Assembly (NCBI GenBank): GCA_965235115.1
Contig: OZ249436.1
Location: 62,001-126,000, forward strand
Length of the DNA stretch: 64,000 nucleotides
Direction: 5' to 3'
Source: Laetmonice hystrix
Lineage: Eukaryota
Part shown: positions 38,864 through 52,653 of the stretch, one piece after another
Position numbering within the stretch: the stretch's first letter is position 1
Layout: every line of letters starts with the position of its first letter
Made by a program: the position numbers and the translations under genes
Notes under the pieces: generated by a model
What the model was told of the DNA's origin: nothing
The model's input: only the letters and a program-made list of their open reading frames with translations
Databases searched by the model: none

Positions 38864-41792
38864 CTCTGATCTCAGCCCAACTTCTTCCAACTATTATACT
38901 GTTCAAAGTGCCAAAGATGTTTTTGTTCAAAATTCAGACAGTTTATCATTAATATCTTTAAACATAAGAAGCTTACAAAAGAATGCAGACAAGTTATATA
39001 AAATGCTCGATGATTTTGAATCTCAGATTGATATTGTCTGCTTATGTGAAACATGGACTACCGCGTCCAACTGTGATTTATACAACATATCGGTTTACCG
39101 CAGTGTTCATGTATATAGAGCTAAAAGAAGAGGAGGAGGCGTTGCCATATTTGTCAAAGCAGCGATCACATTCACAAAACTTGACCAATACTCCATGCTG
39201 AATGACGATATAGAATGCACCTTCATACAAATCGATAAGAACATTGTCAAGTCTAATAAACATCTCATTATGGGATCCATATATCGTCCACCTTCAGGCA
39301 ACCCAAACAAATTTATTGATTATATAATCGAAATTATATCCTCGTATGACCAGGATAACTACACAATTATCATTGCTGGAGATTATAATCTTGATCTCTT
39401 CAAGCACAAAAGCAGTGATTTAATTAAGCATTTTTTGGACAGTATGATTAGCTCAAACTGCACACCCTGTATTAACAAGGCCACCCGTATAAGTGAGAAT
39501 ACGAAAAGCCTAATTGATAATATTTTTGTAAATGACTTTCAACTTCACAATATCTGTGGCATTATACTCACTGATATATCTGATCACTTCCCAATATTCA
39601 GCATAATGACACTAAGCAGTAAAACTCGGAGTTATAGTCGAATTAAAAGGTTGTTTAACACTGAAAATATCAACTTGTTTATTGAAAAGATAACAGCAGA
39701 AAACTGGGACAATATTTATGAGACTGAGTCAGTACAGTTATCGTACTCCAGACTCCAGGAGAAAATCTGTGATGCTTTCGATACCTCTTTCCCAGTAAGG
39801 ACTGTAAGTAATCGCTATAAAGACAGGCTGCCTTGGATCTCTCAAGACTTAAAGGCAATTATTCGTCAAAAATATTTAGCTTATCTTAAATCTATTGATA
39901 ATCCGACTCTGCATAATGTAATAACGTATAAAAGGTTGAGAAATATGGTTAATTACAAATTAAGAAGAGAAAAAAGAAATTACTCCCTACATAAACTACG
40001 ATCCGCCAAAAATAATCCTAGACTATACTGGAAAAATATAAACGAAATCATTCTTAACAAAACACAAGACGATAACTTTCCTGATACTTTTATCAATACA
40101 GCAGATGGAACTGATATAGTAGATGATGTAGACATTGCAAATAAATTCAATGATTTTTTTGTCAATATTGATCCCCACCTTGAAAAAGATATTCCAAGCC
40201 CTCGTGCAAATATACTTGACACAATGGGTCCTAGAAATGATTATTCTATCTACCTACAACCAACTGATATCGCAGAAGTCACAAGCATTTTCCACCTATT
40301 GAAAAATGCTAGTGGTGGATGGGATGAATTAAATAAGCATATCTTACAATATATAATTCATCTAATTATAGAACCACTGACTTATATAGTGAATTTATGT
40401 TTAACCACAGGTGAATTTCCAAATGACCTTAAAATAGCCATTGTTAAACCATTATTCAAAGCTAACAACAAGAAACATTTTACAAATTATAGACCCATAT
40501 CGTTACTTCCAACAATATCAAATATTTTCGAAAAGGTTATTGCTACTCGGGTTATGAAATTCCTGACTACTCACAATATTCTGTATCCTCATCAATACGG
40601 TTTCAGGCCAAATCATTCCACGGAGCAAGTAGTAATTTCGTTGATAGACAAACTCAGTAAAGCAATCTCCAATAATGAGCATACCGTTGTTGTTTTCCTC
40701 GATTTTTCCAAAGCTTTTGATACTGTTAACTTTGAAATACTTTTGCTCAAACTAGAACACTACGGTATTAGAGGAACCCCACTAACTTTACTAAAAAATT
40801 ACCTATGTAACCGTACACAACAAGTCAAATACAAACAAGTACTTTCGCACCTTTTGAAAACGACGATGGGTGTTCCCCAGGGATCCATAATTGGCCCGCT
40901 TATGTTTCTAATTTATATTAATGATTTACCTAATGTAATAAACAATTCATCAACATTTCTTTTTGCGGATGACACCACCCCTCTCTTTAGTCACCGCTGC
41001 AAACAACATATAGAGTTAACTAACAATGAACTTTCTAAAATGTACACTTGACTCTGCATAAATAAACTTACATTAAACATCAATAAATCAAAATATATGT
41101 TATTTTCTAAAACTCTCTCTGATGTTGATATCTGCATAAACAATACCATGCTTGAATGTGTGAAATCAATCAAATTTCTAGGATATTATCTCGATAATAA
41201 ACTGTCATGGAAAGCTCATATAGAATATATAAGAAAAAAAGTAGCAAAATCATTAGGCATTATAAATAAAATGCGTCCCCTTCTAACCCAAGAAATTTTA
41301 GTAGATATGTATTATACGTTTGTTCACTGTTATCTAAATTCGGGCATAATTATTTGGGGATCGACACATTTAAATAAAATTGACTCGCTCATTAAGCTTC
41401 AAAAGAAAGCTATTCGTCTAATCACAAATTCCGGATATCGAGATCACACTTTACCTATATTCAACAAACTTAATATCTTACCTCTCCAACAACTTTATAA
41501 TATAAATATTATTCTCTTTATGTTTAAAGTCTATAGAGATAAATTACCAACGGTTATAATAAATCACTTTACACAACGCAATAGTCTAACCTTAAGAACT
41601 ACGCGGCAATCAAACCTCTTTGAGATTCCCAATTATATCAACGACACCTATGAAAGATCAATTTTTGTCAGAGGCCCGAAATACTTTAATAGTTTCTATA
41701 GGCAAACGTTTATTGATCTTTCTCTTTCAGTGCCGACATTTAAACGTGCCCTAAAAGTTGGTATTCTTAGAAATGAATTTCCATTCCCTTAG
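38864..41792 (+). pseudogene. LINE ORF2 body: AP endonuclease plus reverse transcriptase, with one in-frame stop at 41049-41051
   Basis: APE motifs: LNIRSL, LCETW, GGGVAIFV, IYRPP, GDYNLD, IDNIF, SDHFPI. RT motifs: NYRPISLL, QYGFR, FLDFSKAFDTV, GVPQGS, LFADDT. ORFs 38829-41051 and 41097-41792 share a frame, and KMYT*LCINKL suggests TGG>TGA. Confidence 0.95.
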
Positions 41793-42020
41793 AGCTGATG
41801 TCTCCCTATCTGTCATACATATATTTTTTGTGTAACGTTATCATTACAAATTTAGATCGTCAGATGTGTAAATTAATAGTTTATCGTACTCTACCACCTC
41901 CACAGAAATGTTTATTACACTGTACATAATTTGTTATAATCTGTGGACTATATATAGCCGACACTCAAGTTGCTTCCTGTCCACTATTCAAATGATACCA
42001 CATGTATTTTGTTTCATTGT

Positions 42021-42055
42021 AATAAATATTTAAAAAAAAAAAAAAAAAAAAAAAA
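42021..42055 (+). other. Polyadenylation signal and poly-A tail of the LINE
   Basis: AATAAA at 42021-42026 and an A-run at 42032-42055, followed directly by satellite sequence. Confidence 0.9.
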
Positions 42056-44035
42056 CCTGTCTCTCGCCTCAGAGCCACAGGTGCCTGCCAGTACGTGGTG
42101 ATTCCACCGCTAGCCGGAAGGTAGCAGCAGTCGGAGACCCCCCCACACACACACACTTCAATAGAGTTGTGCTGCACCCTGGTGTTTCTTGCTGCAACAT
42201 AACGGTAACCTTCCTTTGTTTGTTTGTTTCTTGGGGATGTGATATCTGATATAGAAAAGGCGTACAACGTCATTTTCCATTGTTAACTAAAGCTTTACGG
42301 CAAACAGTCATTGGAACGACCTGACAACGTTGTCGGACCCTTACAGATGGTCTGTAGGGAACATAGATTAGATGCGAGTAGATGATAGACGAAACGGATG
42401 GCCTTCCTCCTGGACAATAAAGGCATGGAAACATGAAACATGAGGCGTCCCTAGACTACTGGCTACTCTTGTATACAAGCAAACGGTAGAGGAAGGCCAA
42501 ACAGTACAGGGAGGAATGGCTACAAGGTATACTGTCTGGCCTAGCACCCAAGCGAACACTTCAGTGAGGCCAAAGAGTAGGCCTACAGTGAGGCCAAACA
42601 GTACACTGTGGGGCCAAGCAGTGGGCAAGGCCAACCAGTAGAGTGAGAAATCCTTAAATCTTACCGGCTGGCCTAGTACCTATGCAAACACTACAGTGAG
42701 GTAGTGGAAATGAAAGGTACGGGCGAGGAGCATCTAATGTTAAAATCTGGAGAAGATGCTCAAATGGGACGTGTACACATCACAACCATATATCTGTAGC
42801 GAACGTACGAGACCTATACGTTTGACAGTCGTACATCTGGCCTAAGAATTATAATTTTGGGAGGCTTAGTTTCAATTTGACGTATCAAAAATGTAGCCAT
42901 TTTTCGCTTATCATTGCTTTAAGCTGTCTCTCGCCTCAGAGCCACAGGTGCCTGCCAGTACGTGGTGATTCCACCGCTAGCCGGAAGGTAGCAGTGCAGT
43001 CGGGGACCCCCCCCCCCCCGCTTCAGTGGAGTTGTGCTGCACCCTGGTGTTTCTTGCTGCAACATCTCGGTAACCTTCCTTTGTTTGTTTGTTACTTGGG
43101 GATGTAATATGTGATATAGAAAAGGCGTACAACGTCATTTTCCATTGTTAACTAAAGCTTTACGGCAAACAGTCATTGGGACCACCTGACAACGTTGTCG
43201 GACGCTTACAGATGGTCTGTATGGGACATACATTAGATGGGAGTAGATGATAGACGAAACGTATGGCCTTCCTCCTGGACAATAAAGGTATGGAAACATG
43301 AAACATGAGGCGTCCCTATACTACTGGCTACTCTTGTATACAAGCAAACGGTAGAGGAAGGCCAAACAGTACAGGGAGGAATGGCTACAAGGTATACCGT
43401 CTGGCCTAGCACCCAAGCGAACACTACAGTGAGGCCAAAGAGTAGGCCTACAGTGAGGCCAAACAGTACACTGTGGGGCCAAGCAGTGGGCAAGGCCAAC
43501 CAGGAGAGTGAGAAATCCTTAAATCTTACCGGCTGGCCTAGTACCCATGCAAACACTACAGTGAGGTAGCGGGAATGAAAGGTACAGGCGAGGAGCATCT
43601 AATGTTAAAATCTGGAGAAAATGTTCAAATGGGAAGTGTACACATCACAACCATATATCTGTAGCGAACGTACGAGACCTATATGTTTGACAGTCGTACA
43701 TCTGGCCTAAGAATAATAATTTTGGGAGGCTTAGTTTCAATTTGACGTATCAAAAATGTAGCCATTTTTCGCTTATCATTGCTTTAACCTGTCTGTCGCC
43801 TCAGAGCCACAGGTGCCTGCCAGCCCGGTCAGGTGTACGTGGTGATTCCACCGCTAGCCGAAAGGGAGCAGTGCAGTCGCCGACCCCGCCGCCGCTTCAG
43901 TGGAGCTGCGCTGCACCCTGGTGTCTCTTACCTGCAACATCTCTGTAACCTTCCTTTGTTTGTTTGTTTGTTACTTGGGGATGGCATACTTGGGGATGGC
44001 ATATGGCATATGTCATTTGCCATTGTTAACTAAAC
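42056..44035. repeat. Terminal, more diverged part of the ~860-bp satellite (remainder of the interrupted unit plus ~2 units)
   Basis: Same unit with private substitutions and insertions (cccggtcaggtg near 43825). Similarity ends after cattgttaactaaa. Confidence 0.95.
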
Positions 44036-45159
44036 CTTAGCCAATTGTAATAATAAATGGCAAATGGCAACTATTCAAAGCATTCGGAACACCGAGCCTT
44101 TTACGATGTAGAGAGACTCGGATACCAATCGGAGGTCGCCATATTGGGTCAGATGGGGTCAGCGCACTATGGGTCATGACCCCCTATTTAGCCAATGGGC
44201 TGCTGGTTGTCCCTCAAAAAAAAGTACGGAGTGAATGTATCTAAGGCCAAGAATGGATATAACCCCCCTGAATGTGCTCATCAAATACCACAGAGAAAAA
44301 GTTCACTATATGATCAATAATATCAGTGTATTATTAGAGAATATCTGCTTAACTTTCCTTGGAAAATCTTAGCCAATATGTTATGTATCACAGGCCTGTA
44401 TTCTGGTCGATTTGGTGGTGCCACCTGGGGTCATGTAACAGAAGCTCCGATAAAATGAAATCTAATCATTCAACCTATACGTAAATTGAGTTTTTATTGT
44501 CGGAAACATGCATATCTAACCTGCCATGCCAAGCAGACATTCGCAGAAATTATTTTAAACATTGAAAATGGCCAAAACATTACATTAAATTATAGAAGAA
44601 AATAAATAGTGGATCATAACCTATATTGTCGTAGCGTCCCATGTAAACAATGGCGGCCACTCGCCAGTGTCTGGGCTGTGGTGCTGTCAATAGACGGCTT
44701 TCTTCGTTAGTTGGCAAAGAAACTGAAACCGAATTTGTCACGGATTGTAGCCTTTCTTGACAATGACATTAGCCATGAAAACGTGAAAACGTGAAAACGT
44801 GAAAACGTGGACTAGGCCTATTCCTTATTTAGCATGCATGATCCGTGCGATAAGAGGATCGAATCAAGGTAGCCTGTCAAACCGTTACACGCCACCGTTG
44901 AATCGTCACACCCGTTTTTCTGTGACGGTTTGAACTTTGACTTCTTTCATTTTACGGGATTGTGATGGTTCATTTTGACCACTTGGCTCTCATGTTAAGC
45001 GTTGAACACACTTGTGTTGAATCCAGTGAAATCAAGGCAAATAATACGGCAAATCCATAGGCTACGCACAGTGGTTCAATATTATGAGCCAGGGCGACTC
45101 GGAGCCCGCGGACCACCGGGGCGCCCTAGCTGTCCCCACCGGCATTCGGGAATATAGGG

Positions 45160-45475
45160 GCCATTTTGAGCATTGCATCTCGGGTACATTTAGCCGGGAC
45201 TCTCGACAGCATGGCAGTGCTTGCAGTATTTTGTCTGCATCAGGCATGGAAGCAACTAAAATAGGCCTACAATGCTTTCCCCGAAGTCAGTGGGCAATAT
45301 TACAATAGTATCATGTCATGATACAACTTAAATTACAACATGATTACAAGTAGGCCTAGTCCTACCATGTGTCGGGCCAGTGTCGTACATGGGCGCGGCC
45401 ATATTGCTTCCCAGAATTTGATAAATTACCGTATTGACGCCCATTTAGGTAAATTGGGTGATTCATTTTTCATTT
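45160..45475. repeat. Dispersed repeat of ~300 bp, copy 1 (copy 2 at ~57469-57760)
   Basis: gccattttgagcattgcatc...ggtgattcatttt is shared in the same orientation. Confidence 0.9.
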
Positions 45476-45494
45476 TTATGTGGCCAGAGAGCCC

Positions 45495-45704
45495 TGACGA
45501 GAGTGGAATATTTTCGGAAATATCCCACTGCTCGGGACGCCTTGGTGTATAGAGTCTACGTATGGTATCACACTGTTGCTCGCGTGGATATCTGAATAAC
45601 CAGATATCCCCTCTCGCAACAGTGTGATACCCTTACATAACACACTGCAGCAAGCCTCCGATCCCGAGCAGTGTAACATTGCCGAAGATATCACACTCTC
45701 GTCA
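45495..45704. repeat. Imperfect ~210-bp palindrome (foldback or MITE-like core)
   Basis: Nested pairs: tgacgagagtg/cactctcgtca, cactgctcggga/tcccgagcagtg, ggtatcacactgttgc/gcaacagtgtgatacc, ggatatctg/cagatatcc. Confidence 0.85.
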
Positions 45705-47087
45705 CACTTTGCTGGGCACAAGCGACCGTCCTCTCGTTCCATTTGGACGTGGTGGACTTGAGTCCTGCTCGATTAGCTTCCATTTTTAAACAAGCGGTCA
45801 ACGTGTCATGCCGTCTATGATCCACTGAGGTGGCCCCGTTGAAAACACTGCAGGGGGTAGATCTATCTGTGTGGGCGTGAGTTTTTTTCCTATTTTCTTG
45901 TTTCTGTAATACTAAATTCGGAATTATTTCGACAATTACGTTCTCTCGGCACTGAACCGCGTCGCTTTGTTTGTACATCTCCAGCTCAGTCGTTCATAGG
46001 GGGCGCTGTATTTTGAGGTCACAAAAAGTGGCCTAATTGCGTATCCCCCCATTCTTGCTGAAGACAAGAATAAAACAAGAATAGTAGAATCCATTCTACT
46101 ATTCTTGCTGAAAGTCGTATGTGGGACCCTTTCCGTTGTCCTTAATGGTGCCCTTCTGTTTATTTTTAAATGTTTTTTTTTCAACACAAGTACATAAAAT
46201 CATTATTCTGCACCAGTACATAAAATTATAATTCCATGATAATATGTCGCATAAGAGCTCACTTCGAGAGAAAATAACGAGAAAATCGAGGTGACAACCG
46301 AGAGGTGCTGTCTATAGCACCGCGATGATAGGTAGGCGTCGCTGTGGCCGAAAAGGTAACAGCGCTGGACGGTGATGCCGCCGTGCATGGTTCGAATCCT
46401 CCCGACGGCAAACACCATAAAGTGGCGATATGCGTATGGCCATGGGGGCCAGAATATCCCACGTGTATACCATTAAATGTGTACTCATCGTACTGCCGAG
46501 CACTGTAGGTCGACTGTATGTGGGAACGAGTGGTTTATATACCTCAGTGTTCTCGTCCTTAATGTTTATTCGTTTTATTTATTAACAAGAACTGTCAGGG
46601 TTAGCTCTACGTATAATGTATATAATGTATAAAATCTATTTTACTTCATCGAGAGCACTCAACCAGAGCCAAAGGTTACATGACCGATATTGTGTAACCG
46701 GTTTACTGAGAAGCCTAGATAGATTTAGAGTAGATTAGATTTTATTGGAACAAAAACTGGACTGGAACAAAAACAATTCACAGGGCAAGGTGATTATTAC
46801 CAGACATGATTTCAATCGATAATTGGCATCAAAAAGTATAAATGACCGCCTCATGTAGACCAAGGGTAATAACATACATTACATTCTGTTCAATTATTTA
46901 GTTATATAGCGTGAATATATCATGGCTATAATTATGGCCATGATTGAACATGTATATATCCATACACTCTTTCTTCATCGGTGATTCTGGACAACATTCC
47001 ACTGTTCTGGTCCTCCGGCAAGTGACGTTGCCATCTCCATATATGTACATGTACATGTATGTATATTTCCTATACACTCAGGCGCCT

Positions 47088-50061
47088 AAGAAGCTGTTGT
47101 TGGATGGGGGGGGGGGCTGAGAGTTGCTGGTCTGTGGTAAGAAGCTGTTGTTGGTTGGTTGGGGGGGGGGGGACTGAGAGTTGCTGGTCTGTGGTAAGAA
47201 GCTGTTGTTGGTTGGTTGGGGGTGGGGGGACTGAGAGTTGCTGGTCTGTGGTAAGAAGCTGTTGTTGGTTGGGGGGGGGGGGCTGAGAGTTGCTGGTCTG
47301 TGGTAAGAAGCTGTTGTTGGTTGGTTGGGGGGGGGGGGGACTGAGAGTTGCTGGTCTGTGGTAAGAAGCTGTTGTTGGTTGGTTGGGGGGGGGCTGAGAG
47401 TTGCTGGTCTGTGGTAAGAAGCTGTTGTTGTTGGTTGGGGGGGGGGGGGGGCTGAGAGTTGCTGGTCCGTGGTAAGAAGCTATTGTTGGTTGGGGGGGGG
47501 GGGCTGGGAGTTGCTGGTCTGTGGTGAGAAGCTGTTGTTGGTTGGGGGGGGGGGGCTGAGAGTTGCTGGTCTGTGGTGAGAAGCTGTTGTTGGTTGGGGG
47601 GTGGGCTGAGAGTTGCTGGTCTGTGGTGAGAAGCTGTTGTTGGTTGGTTGGGGGGGACTGAGATTTGCTGGTCTGTGGTAAGAAGCTGTTGTTGGTTGGT
47701 TGGGGGGGGGGACTGAGAGTTGCTGGTCTGTGGTAAGAAGCTGTTGTTGGTTGGTTGGGGGGGGGGGGGGTGCTGAGAGTTGCTGGTCTGTGGTAAGAAG
47801 CTGTTGTTGTTGGTTGGGGGGGGGGGGCTGAGAGTTGCTGGTCTGTGGTAAGAAGCTATTGTTGGTTGGGGGGGGCTGGGAGTTGCTGGTCTGTGGTAAG
47901 AAGCTATTGTTGGTTGGGGGGGGCTGGGAGTTGCTGGTCTGTGGTAAGAAGCTATTGTTGGTTGGGGGGGGCTGAGAGTTGCTGGTCTGTGGTAAGAAGC
48001 TGTTGTTGGTTGGGGGGGGGCTGAGAGTTGCTGGTCTGTGGTAAGAAGCTGTTGTTGGTTGGTTGGGGGGGGGGGCTGAGAGTTGCTGGTCTGTGGTAAG
48101 AAGCTGTTGTTGGTTGGTTGGGGGGGGGGCTAAGAGTTACTGGTCTGTGGTAAGAAGCTGTTGTTGGTTGGTTGGGGGGGCTGAGAGTTGTTGGTCTGTG
48201 GTAAGAAGCTGTTGTTGTTGGTTGGGGGGGGGGGCTGAGAGTTGCTGGTCTGTGGTAAGAAGCTGTTGTTGGTTGGGGGGGGGGACTGAGAGTTGCTGGT
48301 CTGTGGTAAGAAGCTGTTGTTGGTTGGGGGGGACTGAGAGTTGCTGGTCTGTGGTAAGAAGCTGTTGTTGGTTGGGGGGGGGGGGCTGGGAGTTGCTGGT
48401 CTGTGGTAAGAAGCTGTTGTTGGTTGGGGGGGGGGGCTGAAAGTGGCTGGTCTGTGGTAAGAAGCTGTAGTTGGTAGGGGGGCTGAGAGTTGCTGGCCTG
48501 TGGTGAGAAGCTGTTGTTGGTTGGGGGGGGCTGAAAGTTGCTGGTCTGTGGTAAGAAGCTGTTGTTGGTTGGGGGGGGGGGCTGAGAGTTGCTGGTCTGT
48601 GGTAAGAAGCTGTTGTTGGTTGGTTGGGGGGGGGGCTGGGAGTTGCTGGTCTGTGGTAAGAAGCTGTTGTTGGTTGGTTAGGGGGGGGGGACTGAGAGTT
48701 GCTGGTCTGTGGTAAGAAGCTGCTGTTGTTGGTTGGGGGGGGGGCTGAAAGTGGCTGGTCTGTGGTAAGAAGCTGTAGTTGGTAGGGGGGCTGAGAGTTG
48801 CTGGCCTGTGGTGAGAAGCTGTTGTTGGTTGGGGGGGGGGGGCTGAAAGTTGCTGGTCTGTGGTAAGAAGCTGTTGTTGGTTGGGGGGGGGGGCTGAGAG
48901 TTGCTGGTCTGTGGTAAGAAGCTGTTGTTGGTTGGGGGAGGCTAAGAGTTGCTGGTCTGTGGTAAGAAGCTGTTGTTGGTTGGGGGGGGGCTGAGAGTTG
49001 CTGGTCTGTGGTAAGAAGCTGTTGTTGGTTGGGGGGCTGAGAGTTGCTGGTCTGTGGTAAGAAGCTGTTGTTGGTTGGGGGGGGGGGGCTGAGAGTTGCT
49101 GGTGCTGGTCTGTGGTAAGAAGCTGTTGTTGTTGGTTGGTTGGGGGGGGGGGACTGAGAGTTGCTGGTCTGTGGTAAGAAGCTGTTGTTGGTTGGGGGGG
49201 CTGAGAGTTGCTGGTCTGTGGTAAGAAGCTATTGTTGGTTGGGGGGCTGAGAGTTGCTGGTCTGTGGTAAGAAGCTGTTGTTGTTGGTTGGGGGGGGGAC
49301 TGAGAGTTGCTGGTCTGTGGTAAGAAGCTGTTGTTGGTTGGGGGGGGGCTGAGAGTTGCTGGTCTGTGGTAAGAAGCTGTTGTTGTTGGTTGGGGGGGGG
49401 ACTGAGAGTTGCTGGTCTGTGGTAAGAAGCTGTTGTTGGTTGGTTGGGGGGGGGGCTGAGAGTTGCTGGTCTGTGGTAAGAAGCTGTTGTTGGTTGGGGG
49501 GGGGGCTGAGAGTTGCTGGTCTGTGGTAAGAAGCTGTTGTTGGTTGGGGGGGGGGGCTGAGAGTTGCTGGTCTGTGGTAAGAAGCTGTTGTTGGTTGGGG
49601 GGGCTGAGAGTTGCTGGTCTGTGGTAAGAAGCTGTTGTTGGTTGGTTGGGGGGGGGGCTGAGAGTTGCTGGTCTGTGGTAAGAAGCTGTTGTTGGTTGGG
49701 GGGGGGACTGAGAGTTGCTGGTCTGTGGTAAGAACCTGTTGTTGGTTGGTTGGGGGGGGGGGCTGAGAGTTGCTGGTCTGTGGTAAGAAGCTGTTGTTGG
49801 TTGGGGGGGGCTGAGAGTTGCTGGTCTGTGGTAAGAAGCTGTTGTTGGTTGGTTGGGGGGCTGAAAGTGGCTGGTCTGTGGTAAGAAGCTGTTGTTGGTT
49901 GGGGGGGACTGAGAGTTGCTGGTCTGTGGTAAGAAGCTGTTGTTGTTTGGTTGGGGGGGGGGCTGAGAGTTGCTGGTCTGTGGTAAGAAGCTGTTGTTGG
50001 TTGGGGGGGGGGGGGCTGAAAGTGGCTGGTCTGTGGAAAGAAGCTGTTGTTGGTTGGGGGG
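47088..50061. repeat. Minisatellite of ~42-52 bp with a variable poly-G run
   Basis: Unit ctgagagttgctggtctgtggtaagaagctgttgttggtt(g)n. Confidence 0.97.
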
Positions 50062-50178
50062 CACCCTTACATAGATGGTCCCCACCCTTACATAGATGGT
50101 CCCCACCCTTACATAGATAGTCCCTACCCTTACATAGATGGTCCCCACCCTTACATAGATGGTCCCCACCCTTACATA
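50062..50178. repeat. 21-bp tandem repeat, ~5.5 copies
   Basis: Unit cacccttacatagatggtccc. Confidence 0.95.
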
Positions 50179-50599
50179 AGTAAGTATACGTGGATATCCT
50201 GCATGTAGGCCTGTAGGCTCGAATCGTGGCTGATTTTGCTGAGGCACTCTTGTTGTTTACTTTTACGGCACAGACTGTCAGAATATGATGCCACACAAAC
50301 AGCTATATCTTCGGAGAAATCATCTGCAGCCGCTATGTTGAACGGAACCACCTTGCGACTATAGCTGTTTTCCCTCCGCAAAATGTAGTTCGTAATATTT
50401 CATCAGGTATTTCTCTTGTACGATGAATGTCACTTGGTATAATCTCGGTTTTGGGATTTTGAGGTAAGTTAAATTTTACAGATACCATAGAGGACGGCCG
50501 ACTTTGCAAAAACGGGGTTGAACGCGTAGGGGCCCGATTTTGCCCGTAAAAATTCATGTGTGGAGTCTTGGCGTTAATCCAAAGAGCACATGTATGACT

Positions 50600-51640
50600 G
50601 CATATTCGTGTTGAATAGTATTCATGTTCAATAGCCATGGCTCATCGTGCACCGTTTACGAGTAATATAGGCCTTATGAAATATTGATGATGTCATTATG
50701 ACGTCATACATCACGCTATGTCGCGAATCTTGGTGTCATTTGAAAGAGGATCTATGACTTCTTATTCATGTTCAATAGAAACCATGGCTTTATCTCCCAC
50801 CATTTACGAGTTACGTATTATTGGTATAGTGATGACGTCATTATGACATCGTCTGTCACGCGACGTCATGAATATTGGGGTCAATTGAAAGAGCATGTAT
50901 GACTTCCTATTGACGATCAATAGTAAATATGGCCCTATCCCTATCCCCGTTTTCGAGTTATAGGTCAAAGAAAATACTAATGACGTCATTAGGACGTCAT
51001 ACGTCACGCTACCTAATAAATGTTTGTGTCAATTGAAAGAGCATAATTTATGACTTCCTATTCATGTTCAATAGTAACCATGGCTTTATCTCCCACCGTT
51101 TAGGAGTTATAGGCCTTAGAAAATATTGATGGCGTCATTATGACGTCATACGTCACGGTACGTCATCAAACTTGGCGTCAGTTGAAAGAGCAGGCATGAC
51201 TTCCTATTCGTGCTAAATAGTAACTATGGCACCGTTTCTTAGTTATAAACTCTATATTGACCACTGTTCAAAATAGGTCACGTGAATATAGGTCACATCA
51301 ATTGTAGCAGGGCCGATTCCTTTGAAGCTCTCGTTTTATGGAAAATTAGGGAAGAAGTAGGGATTTAAGCATTTTCTGACCTTTGACCCAGCTTTCAGAC
51401 ATGTCAAAGGTCAAAGGTCAAATATTTGCAAAATATATTAATTAGGTCCTTGCCCAATTCTGACAGAGTCAACTGTTCTTCAAAGGTATATCCATAGTTA
51501 CCTTGAAAAGCATCACAATAGCCAGAATACGAATGACGTCATGCCGTTACGTCATATGACGCCATGACTCATTGTCGGATCACATTTCGTGACTATCAAT
51601 ATGTCCACTAAGTTTGAGTTAGATATCTTGAAAAGCGATA
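50600..51640 (-). mobile_element. Diverged relative of the 35444-37378 element; ends not resolved
   Basis: ~147-bp units (gaaagagcat...tgacttcctattcatgttcaatagtaac) followed by agtagggatttaag, tcaaaggtcaaaggtcaaa and agatatcttgaaa, in the same order as at 36970-37260. Confidence 0.7.
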
Positions 51641-52653
51641 GAGATACGACCCACTGTTTGCTACGCCGACTACAATTTCTAGTTCCCATCCCCTATCCAG
51701 GGGATGGGATCCAACGTGGTTATTTATTTAACGTAGTTATTTTCTTCCTTCCACCGCCATGTTGCAATCAGTCGCCTATGGACAAGGCAGAAGTTAGCCT
51801 ACATGACCGCCCCCCTACCGCCTAGTGACAGCAGCCATAACTATACATTTCTTGGTCATCTCACCGCCGGCAACGGTCCCGGTCTCCCGGTCAAATTCAA
51901 TATATTGAATTCAGCCGGCGGCGGTCACGGCGCCGGGCCGGATTGAATGAAGTGAACGATCTCTGTCCGAAGAGTGCCATTTCGCAGCCACCGTCATTCG
52001 GAAAGACCAAGTCATTTCCGGTTTACTTTCCTTTCGGGAACTGACCTCGGACAGCGAGAACGCCATCTTGCTTAGCTGACGTCACAAAACTACATATGTA
52101 GTTTCAAAATGGCAGGTGTGATGTACACACACAGACATGTGTTCGGGAGAATAAGCCAAATCGGCATCTGGGGCATGAAGAGTGCATGAGCCAATTATTA
52201 TCCAATTGTTTAAAAGTTGACCCTCTAAGCCCCGACCGCCGAGGCCCCCTGGAAGCCCTGGCCGAACCGACCGGCCGATGCGCAGTTTGAGTGAGCGTGA
52301 CCGGCAACTCGCTCACCCCGGGCCCCCCTACTCCCGACTGCACCTGCCAGTGCTGAATGGCAAACGATACTTGGAAACCCCCCTGGATACGCCACTGAAC
52401 CTGTTACTTGTTTGCTCATTATCAACATGTACAGTCGGTGAAAACTTGTTTATATTATGCTCACATCACTAAAACAGTTGGTCAATCGACTGCACCAGAT
52501 TTTTGATCGGTCGGATCAGAGAGCACGCCACATTATCCCAGATTGCCGGCATAGTAAACCCACAGATTACCATATACAAACAGATTGGAAACGGCCATAG
52601 TAATGACGTGAAACAAAGATGGCGTCACAATTCAGTGATTAAAGGCGGAAGGT

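Larger units (their letters stand above)
28741..42055 (+). mobile_element. Full-length non-LTR retrotransposon (L2 group, Crack/Daphne/Kiri-like), interrupted by nested insertions
   Basis: The satellite breaks at tcattgcttt| (28740) and resumes at cctgtctctcgcc (42056) after AATAAA and a 24-nt poly-A. It contains ORF1 and an APE-RT ORF2. Clade is inferred from motif style only. Confidence 0.93.

Noticed and set aside
45494..45525. Hammerhead-like CTGACGA...GAAA
   Set aside because: Stem II is weak and the sequence is explained as one arm of the long palindrome.
48130..50296. 705-aa and 355-aa P/Q/T-rich ORFs
   Set aside because: They are stop-free translations of the G-run minisatellite.
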